From NCBI GenBank assembly GCA_031441465.1, contig JANOEP010000040.1, positions 1 to 29,245 of the forward strand: DNA of 29,245 bases. Direction: 5' to 3'. The notes below the pieces were generated by a model that did not search any database, was not told the DNA's origin, and saw only the letters and a list, made by a program, of their open reading frames with translations. This document shows, in pieces, positions 16,454 to 23,690 of the stretch. The translations under genes and the position numbers were made by a program. Origin of the DNA: a bacterium. Lineage in GTDB: Bacteria; Krumholzibacteriota; Krumholzibacteriia; LZORAL124-64-63. How positions within the stretch are numbered: position 1 is the stretch's first letter; each line of letters begins with the position of its first letter.

Positions 16454-17509
16454 ATGAGATCCATCCTGGCTGCGATGCTGCTGACAATGGTCCTGTGCAC
16501 CGGTATCGCCCAATCCCAGCCGATTGTGACGGATTTGACCGGGATTTTCGAAGACTCTGGATCCGTGACCATCGTGGGATCCGGCTTCGGGATCAAGTCG
16601 CCCGCCGCGCCCCTGAAGTGGGATGACTTCGAGACCGGCGCCCTCGGCGCGAGTCTGACCGGATGGGACTTCACCGGCGATCCGGTCGTGTACAGCGCGG
16701 AGCAGTCGAGAGTGTCCGGGCACCAGTCAGCTTACCAGAACTACACAAATTCCTACGCACGCGGACTCATCGTCTTTCCGTTGCCCGCGTTCCAAAAGAT
16801 GTACATTTCCGGGTGGTGGTACAACGAAGTGGGCGGCGCACCGAGCCGAAACTTCAAGCTCCTCAACTGGTCCGGCGGACCCAGCCACGGCGGCGCAACT
16901 CTGCCGCAGTGCCGCACCGACATGTACCCGAGCACCAGCAGCGGTCACCTCGACCTCATGCCTACTGACGGTCCAGAAACCCACGACTGGGGTCTCGGCG
17001 GAAACATCCATTCCGGAGAGTGGATGCGCATCGAGCGCTACATGGACGTAGGCACCCCCGGGGTGAACAACGGCCAGACCTGGCTGCGGCGCAATCTGAC
17101 CGAATGGGCGTCCCTCGACAACGTGCGCGTTTACAATCCGGGCGACATCTACACGATGTTGTTGATCACACACTACTTCGCCAAGGACACCGGCACTCCA
17201 ACTCCGTGGATGAAGAGTTTCTGGGACGAACTCTACATCGACATCACGCCGGCCAGGATCGAACTGGGCAACGCCAGCACCTGGAACGCCTGCACTCGTA
17301 GGGAGATCCAGATCCCCTCGGCCTGGAACCAGAACAGCCTCTCCTTCACGGTCAACCAGGGCGCATTCACGCCCGGCCAAACCGCATACGTCTACGTCGT
17401 CAACGCCGCCGAAGAGCACAACGCGGTAGGTTTCCCCGTGACGATCGGGACGACGATCGACCCCGGGGATCCGCCCGGCGCTCCGGGACAGCCGGCCGTC
17501 GTTCACTGA
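16454..17509 (+). CDS. Exported beta-rich hypothetical protein (IPT/TIG-like ends, jelly-roll-like core, Pro-rich tail)
   Basis: Signal peptide MRSILAAMLLTMVLCTGIAQS; SVTIVGSGFG; WDDFETG; GEWMRIERYM...NNG...FWDELYID; IPSAWNQNSLSFTV; tail DPGDPPGAPGQP. Confidence 0.75.
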   Translation: MRSILAAMLLTMVLCTGIAQSQPIVTDLTGIFEDSGSVTIVGSGFGIKSPAAPLKWDDFETGALGASLTGWDFTGDPVVYSAEQSRVSGHQSAYQNYTNSYARGLIVFPLPAFQKMYISGWWYNEVGGAPSRNFKLLNWSGGPSHGGATLPQCRTDMYPSTSSGHLDLMPTDGPETHDWGLGGNIHSGEWMRIERYMDVGTPGVNNGQTWLRRNLTEWASLDNVRVYNPGDIYTMLLITHYFAKDTGTPTPWMKSFWDELYIDITPARIELGNASTWNACTRREIQIPSAWNQNSLSFTVNQGAFTPGQTAYVYVVNAAEEHNAVGFPVTIGTTIDPGDPPGAPGQPAVVH

Positions 17510-17583
17510 TCCGGATCCGAATTTCTCGACTGCGAGTCCGAATCGGTCACGACCGCATCCGATCCGTCCGAGGGGGGAAGTAC

Positions 17584-18600
17584 GTGCATCGGGACAACCC
17601 GAGAATCTGGGTCACCTGGGAACGGCACCGTCGTTCGCAGGAATTGGCAACTGCGTTGGGATGCGACCTCCACACTCTGACCAGCAACCTTCCTTATGGC
17701 TTGCGCGTGTTCGCGCTTTCCGCAAAGACCACACTTCTGCTGTCGCGGTTGCGTCCCCGCACCCTCTTCATTCAGAACCCCTCGCTGATCCTCGCGACCT
17801 TGGCCTGTTGCCTGCGACCCTTGCTCCGGTACCGTCTGGTCGTCGACAGGCACTCGAATTTCATCCTCAGGACCCTGAAGCCGCCGCGGATCCTGGGGTG
17901 GGTGTTTGACCGGCTGAGCCGGTTCACCAACCGCCATGCCGATCTCACGATCGTCACGAACGAGGTCCTGAAGGATCTGGTGTCGGAGTGGCACGGCCGT
18001 GGGTTCGTGCTGCAGGACAAGCTACCCACCATGAATCAGGCCGAACCGTGGCTGAGCCGCGGTCTGCACAACTTCACCTTCGTCGGCACCTTCAGCGCCG
18101 ACGAACCGGTGGATAACGTCGTCGCGGCAGCTCGTCTCCTGCCGGACGATTATATCGTCCACATCACCGGCAACACGGCTCTGGCCAAACCGGGCCTGCT
18201 CGGGGACGCGCCCCCTAACGTAGTTTTTACCGGGTATCTCCCGGAATCCAGCTACCAGGGACTACTCGCGGCAAGCGACGCCGTCCTCGGCCTAACAACC
18301 CGACCACACACGCTTCTCTGCTGCGCCTACGAGGCCGTCGCCCTGCACCGTCCCCTGGTCCTCTCCGACCACGAGGACCTACTCGCCTACTTTCACCGGG
18401 GTGTCATCCCTACTGACAATTCACCGGCATCCCTGGCCGCCGCCATGCGCGAGGCCGCCGAACGCCGCGATGAACTCGTGGCGGAGGCGGGCATGTTGGC
18501 GGAGGATTTGTCACGGGACTGGAAGGTCAGGTTCAGTGGGTTGCAGGCCGAGATCGCCCGTCTGGAGTCCACCGCTCAGGATGCACTGTCTCCCGCCTGA
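17584..18600 (+). CDS. GT-B fold glycosyltransferase (GT4-like)
   Basis: WVTWERHRRS, IQNPS, VVDRHS, ADLTIVTN, FSADEP, FTGYL, CCAYEAVALHRP. GTG start after a purine-rich RBS. Confidence 0.8.
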   Translation: MHRDNPRIWVTWERHRRSQELATALGCDLHTLTSNLPYGLRVFALSAKTTLLLSRLRPRTLFIQNPSLILATLACCLRPLLRYRLVVDRHSNFILRTLKPPRILGWVFDRLSRFTNRHADLTIVTNEVLKDLVSEWHGRGFVLQDKLPTMNQAEPWLSRGLHNFTFVGTFSADEPVDNVVAAARLLPDDYIVHITGNTALAKPGLLGDAPPNVVFTGYLPESSYQGLLAASDAVLGLTTRPHTLLCCAYEAVALHRPLVLSDHEDLLAYFHRGVIPTDNSPASLAAAMREAAERRDELVAEAGMLAEDLSRDWKVRFSGLQAEIARLESTAQDALSPA

Positions 18601-19754
18601 CGGCGGACCGCCAGTTTGCGCTGACTCGAGTTGATCAGCAGATCATCGGCCGCGAACGCCGCAAGTACCCCCGGGCGGGCGAGGATCGGCCCGGATGTCT
18701 GCTCCTGGAAAACCAGGTCGGGCTGGGCGTTGATCTCTATCAGGCACAGCCCCGCATCCGTGATCCCCACATCCATGCCGAGCAGTCGGTAGAATCCGAA
18801 GGCACGTTGCGCCCTTTCGGCCAACGCCAACACTTCCCGCCATCGCGGTATTTCCCGGCCCGCGAAAGCCACCCCGGTATCCGGATGAGTGTGGTGACGT
18901 CGCCCCTTCTTGTCGAATCCCGCCTGAACCAGCCTACCCGTCTCGGCGTCCACGCCGACAGCGATGCCGCCCGCACTCCAATTGTCGATGATGCTGCCGC
19001 GCACACCGAACCGCATGGTTGTGCCCAGGATGAGGACGCGCGCATCCCGCGTCAGGTAGGTGACGACCCGGACGGTGCTGAGCGCCCCGACGGCGAGGTC
19101 GGCCAACGCCGGATCCTGTCTGAGGACTTCCTGAACGACAGCGCGGCTTTCAAGCCTGAACGCAGCGAGATCCCCTTCATTCCCAATTCCCCGCACACGA
19201 TGGTTCCCGGCCACGGACTCGAACACGACGATGCCGCGGCCCGCCGCGCCCGCGACAGGCTTGATGATCGCAGTCGTCAATCCCGCGCCCTCCACCATCG
19301 CCGGCAGTTCCATCCGATAGTCGGTGTCAGGATCGAGAACCCCCAACAGCTGGGGTTGCGGGAGCCCCGCACTCCGACACAGCATATCGGCGACTTCCTT
19401 GTCCTCGAACAGGATCATGTATTCGGGGCGCTGAACAGCCCGACGCAACCGGGCTCTCGGATAGGGGTTGTAGCTGGATCCGTAATAATTGACCCAGTCC
19501 TTCCTGGGCATCTCCCAGAGTCTGCAGGCCGAATAGTTGTCCGGGTAATACTTCAGCACGAAGAAGATGTGCAGCAGGTCCGCGGCGATCCTCCATGCGG
19601 GCAGGGGGCACTCGTCGCGATCGACCTGCGTGGCGAATAGCCAAGGCAGGGCCGCCATCCGAACTGCCCGCCTCAGGTAGGGTACGAGCGCGATTCCCAG
19701 ATCCCTGACGGCCACGGTGAATCGCTCGTAGAGAGTTTGGACCATGCCGAACAC
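18576..19754 (-). CDS. Sugar-transfer-associated ATP-grasp protein (ATPgrasp_ST-like)
   Basis: EDK, IIKPVAGAAGRGI, VVQEVLRQ, STVRVVT, DNWSAGGIAVGVD, HPDTG, GMDVGIT...IEINAQP. Start GTG 19754 or ATG 19745. Confidence 0.82.
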   Translation of the reverse strand: MFGMVQTLYERFTVAVRDLGIALVPYLRRAVRMAALPWLFATQVDRDECPLPAWRIAADLLHIFFVLKYYPDNYSACRLWEMPRKDWVNYYGSSYNPYPRARLRRAVQRPEYMILFEDKEVADMLCRSAGLPQPQLLGVLDPDTDYRMELPAMVEGAGLTTAIIKPVAGAAGRGIVVFESVAGNHRVRGIGNEGDLAAFRLESRAVVQEVLRQDPALADLAVGALSTVRVVTYLTRDARVLILGTTMRFGVRGSIIDNWSAGGIAVGVDAETGRLVQAGFDKKGRRHHTHPDTGVAFAGREIPRWREVLALAERAQRAFGFYRLLGMDVGITDAGLCLIEINAQPDLVFQEQTSGPILARPGVLAAFAADDLLINSSQRKLAVRRQAGDSAS

Positions 19755-19789
19755 CGCCTGCTTTCAGTTGCGCTGACCGGGACGACTTG

Positions 19790-21148
19790 TCACATGCCCT
19801 CGAGCCGGCTGATAAAGTACTCAAACTTCCGTCCGGGCTCCGGCACGATCTCGGCCACGCGGACCACCCTGCAATTCATCTCCGAGCCGTAATACTTGTG
19901 CACCATGTCCTGGAGCTGACGGCCGAGCGCCGCGAAGCCGGCCTCGTCGGTGGCATCGAAGACGAGCCGAACTTCGAGTTCTCCTATGCCATGCTGGATG
20001 ACCTGGAACTGCCGGATCGGCACCCCCGCCAACTGGCGCTCTTCCAGGAAATATGGAAAGGGGTTGGCGTGGACGAATCCACCCGCGGGTGTCTTGATGT
20101 ACTGCCGCTGGGATCTCCCGTCGATCGTCGATAGCAGAGGCAGCGTGCGGCCGCACGGACACGCGTCCCCCAACAGCTGTGCAAGATCGCCGAGTCGGTA
20201 ACGAAGCAACGGCATCAACGCGTTGTTCAGGTCGGTGATCGCGATCTGACGCAGATCCGGCTGTCCGTCAACGGGCAGCGCCTCGACGATCACGTTCTCG
20301 GCCATGATGTGCCGACGGCCTGCAGGGCAGGTGAACGCGATGATGTCGGTCTCGCTGCAGCCGTATTCGTCGGCGGCAGCGCCGCCCATGACGCCGGACA
20401 GCCAATCCCGTTCGGCTTGCGTCGACGCCTCCGCGGTCGTAACGACGAGCTTCAGGCCAGGGATCGGCGGGGCGCCTCTCGCCTCCATCGCCCGGGCCAG
20501 GCGCATGAGCAGAGACGAGTATCCGTAGGCGTAATCGACGCCGGCCGCCACGGCCCGCCGATGAGTTTCCAGAGTGGCCTCCGCGGCGACGTGACGGTAG
20601 TCGAAGACGATTCGGTTCAACGCGAGCCGTCGCAGAGCAGATTGCAGCGTTTCAGGTTGTAGGGGCCGCCCCCAAAACCTCGCCTCGCGGTCGCCCGGTC
20701 GCACGCCGTACCATTCGTAGCAACGGTAGCGTGCAGCGAACGAGGCCGCCTGCGCGTCCCGCGACGCCAGAACGGCGATCGGACTGCCGGACGTTCCCGC
20801 CGTCGCCCGCCGGGATCCGGGGCCCTTCACTTCCGCCAACAAGGCCGGCAGATCGGATTTTTCCAGCAGGGGCAGGTTCGCGAGATCTGAGATCGAGCCG
20901 ACCGCGGCAGCGTCCAGACCGCATTCGTGGAAACGTTTCCTGTAGAAAGCCGTGGCTCCGGCCGCAGCTACGATCGCCCGCAACCGGCGTTGCGACAGTT
21001 CCGCCAGCTGTTCAGGCGGCCACCACTGGGTCCGCTCGTACAGCCGCAGTGCATCGCGAAAACCGATTCTCGCCGCGGCGAAGTAGGCGGGAAACACGAT
21101 TCGGCGGCTCAAGGATCGAGGCAACAGCATCGGATCGGCTCCCAGCAT
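19790..21148 (-). CDS. Second PaaK/CapK-like adenylate-forming enzyme
   Basis: LPLLEK, TAGTSG, DEYGCSET, MPLLRYRLGD, CGRTLP...DGR, RKF. TGATG overlap with the ligase stop sets the start at 21148. Confidence 0.85.
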   Translation of the reverse strand: MLGADPMLLPRSLSRRIVFPAYFAAARIGFRDALRLYERTQWWPPEQLAELSQRRLRAIVAAAGATAFYRKRFHECGLDAAAVGSISDLANLPLLEKSDLPALLAEVKGPGSRRATAGTSGSPIAVLASRDAQAASFAARYRCYEWYGVRPGDREARFWGRPLQPETLQSALRRLALNRIVFDYRHVAAEATLETHRRAVAAGVDYAYGYSSLLMRLARAMEARGAPPIPGLKLVVTTAEASTQAERDWLSGVMGGAAADEYGCSETDIIAFTCPAGRRHIMAENVIVEALPVDGQPDLRQIAITDLNNALMPLLRYRLGDLAQLLGDACPCGRTLPLLSTIDGRSQRQYIKTPAGGFVHANPFPYFLEERQLAGVPIRQFQVIQHGIGELEVRLVFDATDEAGFAALGRQLQDMVHKYYGSEMNCRVVRVAEIVPEPGRKFEYFISRLEGM

Positions 21149-22524
21149 CAGGTCTGTACCGCGATGGCATCGACGATGATGCCGACGCGGCGTTTCATCA
21201 GCGAACTGATCATCAGCAGACAAAATGCCATCCCCGCCGCGAACCACCAGTACACCTCGTAGAGATCCATGCCGAACATGCCTAATGCGAGCCGGACGAT
21301 GAGAAACCCACTAGTGGCCTGGGTCGTCGCGTTCAACAATCGCATATCGTCGATCTCGGTGCGGATCAGCTTGGAGAACCTGGGTGTGAGATTAGGATTC
21401 TTCAGCACCGCCGACAGGCGTCTCTGCTCGCGTCGGATCGTGTTGCGGGCCACAGCCAAGGCGAAGAACATGGCATAAACGAGGTAGCAGAACACGGCGA
21501 AGCCGTGGATTCCCAGGTTGGTCGCCACTTCCAAGTACAGGTTGTGGGTGTCCTGTTTGCGGTTGAACATCTGAATCCGTACCGCAGGGAAAGAAGCGAT
21601 GCCCACACCGATCGGATTGCGCATCAAAACTTGCCAGGCGTCGCCGAGAATCTGGATCCGCGTCTCCTTGGAATTCCCCTCCGCCTCGTGCCCCCCGATG
21701 CTCTTGAACCTCTCGACATACTGGCTGGGAAGCAGCGGGAATACCGCCACGCCCACCACGGCCGCGATCGCCAGGTTGCGCACCTTCCGCCGCGACTGGC
21801 TCCACCAGTACAGCAGCAGCACCCCCAGGGCCACGTATCCGGTGCGCGACCCGGTGTAGATCACGCAGACGATCGCCGTGGCCGCCAGCGGCAGCAGCAT
21901 CAGCTTGTAACGCCAACTCTTGATCACCGGGAAGAGGAAGAGGACGAAGGGCAGCGTCCCCATCGCCAGCCCCGCGAGACTGTTCGGGTGGGCGTAGATG
22001 GGCACCGCGCCGTGCAGGCGCATGATGCCCTGGTTCTCCCAGACCAGCCCCCCCGAGATCTGCCCCCGCGTCGACTCCTGCGTGATGTAGAAGCAGGAAA
22101 CCAGGAAGGCCGCCAGGAACCAGCGCATGGCCCGGGGCGAGCGGATGAGCGCGACCATGAAGAAGGTCATCATCGCGAACTTGATGACGCGGTCGAAGAA
22201 GATCGTCCAGGCCAGGTCCTTGGCCGCGGCGAAGGGGATCTGGGTGAGCATGATGAAGAACAGCAGCCCGATCCCGATCAGCACGTTGCGGGCCGGGCGT
22301 AGCCCGCCGAACTGGACCGGCCGGGAACTCATCACCCCGATGCACATCACCGTCAGGGCCAGGCCGAGCAGGAACTCGACGCGCAGCGTCGCCAGAAAAT
22401 CGCGGCGCGCGCCCCACTGCATGTAGCGGGCGGTGATGAACAGCAGGAACGTCGCGGTCACGAATGGCGGCGCCTCCCAGGGGCGCGGGAGGCGCGGAAT
22501 GTCGCTGGCCGGGCGCTGCGTCAT
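21148..22524 (-). CDS. O-antigen ligase / Wzy_C family membrane protein
   Basis: Polytopic membrane protein with RLHG...HPNSLA, TGSRTG, R...W...PIGVG and HNLYLEVATNLGIHG. ATG 22524 with GAGGAG RBS. Confidence 0.88.
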   Translation of the reverse strand: MTQRPASDIPRLPRPWEAPPFVTATFLLFITARYMQWGARRDFLATLRVEFLLGLALTVMCIGVMSSRPVQFGGLRPARNVLIGIGLLFFIMLTQIPFAAAKDLAWTIFFDRVIKFAMMTFFMVALIRSPRAMRWFLAAFLVSCFYITQESTRGQISGGLVWENQGIMRLHGAVPIYAHPNSLAGLAMGTLPFVLFLFPVIKSWRYKLMLLPLAATAIVCVIYTGSRTGYVALGVLLLYWWSQSRRKVRNLAIAAVVGVAVFPLLPSQYVERFKSIGGHEAEGNSKETRIQILGDAWQVLMRNPIGVGIASFPAVRIQMFNRKQDTHNLYLEVATNLGIHGFAVFCYLVYAMFFALAVARNTIRREQRRLSAVLKNPNLTPRFSKLIRTEIDDMRLLNATTQATSGFLIVRLALGMFGMDLYEVYWWFAAGMAFCLLMISSLMKRRVGIIVDAIAVQT

Positions 22525-22549
22525 GCTCGTCTGCGCTCCTCGGTACGGT

Positions 22550-23500
22550 TCAGCGCCCGCCGGCCCGCAGGCCGGCCACGGCCGCGTCCAGGAAGGGGAC
22601 GAACGCCGCCGCCGCGCGCGCATTGCCCTCGCGGTTGGGATGGCTGTCGCTGCCGTCGCCGCTGGCGTAGGCCGACCACTTGGCGCTCCGGCCGTCGGTC
22701 AGGAGGTCGTGGTAGTCGAACACGGCCACGTTGGGCAGGTCGTAGTCCTTCAGCCAGCCCTCACGGCGGTCGGCCATCCAGGCGTGCAGCGTGTGCGAAA
22801 AGTCGGCGGAGACGGGTCCGCGGCGGAACTTCGCGCGCAGCCGGTCCAGCAGACCCTGCGGCCGGGGTTCGGCGCGGGGCGGCGCGGTGACGGCGACGAA
22901 GAGCACCTCGGGTCGTGCCTGGAACAGCGGCAGCAGGGCGCGGTAGGCGGCCTGGGCGTTGGCCAGGGTCTGTTCCGGGGAGTCCGGGTCGCCGGGTTCC
23001 TTGCCGGGCCCGGTGAAGTCGGTGCTCGAGTAGCAGGACTTGAACACCACGACCTCGTTGGTCCGCCCGTCCGTATAGGCGCGGTCCTGCCCGTCGCAGA
23101 CGAGGATGCGGTCCATCTGCTCGGCGAACTTCCGCCGCCAGTGGCCGATGTCGGTATCCTCACCCAGGAGCGACCCGTACGACGCCTGATGCACTTCGTA
23201 GCCTGCGGATTGCAACCGTGAACGCAAACCGCCCCCGTTGGGATGGCTCTGGTAGACGCACCGGGCGCCGGAATCCTTGCCGCCGCCGCTCTGCTCGCCG
23301 GGTTCGGCCAGAAGCTGACCACCGCAGGAATGGTGGATGAACAGCAAGCGCACGGGTCCTCCCTCCGTCTCGGGAATGACGACGGGTTCCGTCTTGGCCG
23401 CCGCCATCACGTCCGCCGCGGTGGCGGCGCTCGCCGTCGCGGCCAGGATCACCAAGCCGCTGATCACGTAACAGGCTTTGATTGAAGATGTTACCGTCAA
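22550..23500 (-). CDS. Exported SGNH-like hypothetical protein (HHSCG...DSHPN), paralog of the core of 11269-12645
   Basis: Hydrophobic Ala-rich N-terminus, LLFIHHSCG, VVVFKSCY, PEVLFVAVTAPP, PNVAVFDY, DSHPN. Start uncertain (TTG 23500 chosen; a TATACT -10-like element lies at 23549-23544). Confidence 0.72.
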   Translation of the reverse strand: MTVTSSIKACYVISGLVILAATASAATAADVMAAAKTEPVVIPETEGGPVRLLFIHHSCGGQLLAEPGEQSGGGKDSGARCVYQSHPNGGGLRSRLQSAGYEVHQASYGSLLGEDTDIGHWRRKFAEQMDRILVCDGQDRAYTDGRTNEVVVFKSCYSSTDFTGPGKEPGDPDSPEQTLANAQAAYRALLPLFQARPEVLFVAVTAPPRAEPRPQGLLDRLRAKFRRGPVSADFSHTLHAWMADRREGWLKDYDLPNVAVFDYHDLLTDGRSAKWSAYASGDGSDSHPNREGNARAAAAFVPFLDAAVAGLRAGGR

Positions 23501-23690
23501 AGGACACCCCCTGTTCCCCTCCGCAGGCCGATTCGCAGGCAACAGTATACCCCACGCCGAGTTCCCGGGCCACCGCCGGATCGAAACCGATGTTGACATT
23601 CATCGGGCAAGGCCCGAATCCTGCAACAAGGTGTTCAACATTCTTTCCGACCTCCCTCCGGAGGCCTCCCCCGCGTTTCAAGGAGGAACC

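Noticed and set aside
17510..17583. TCCG/TCCGA-rich intergenic stretch as a repeat array or CRISPR remnant
   Set aside because: Units are 4-5 nt, irregularly spaced, with no repeat-spacer structure and no cas genes.
23593..23625. Perfect TTGACA as the lipoprotein sigma70 promoter
   Set aside because: No credible -10 hexamer 16-18 nt downstream (GAATCC), so it was not called as a promoter.
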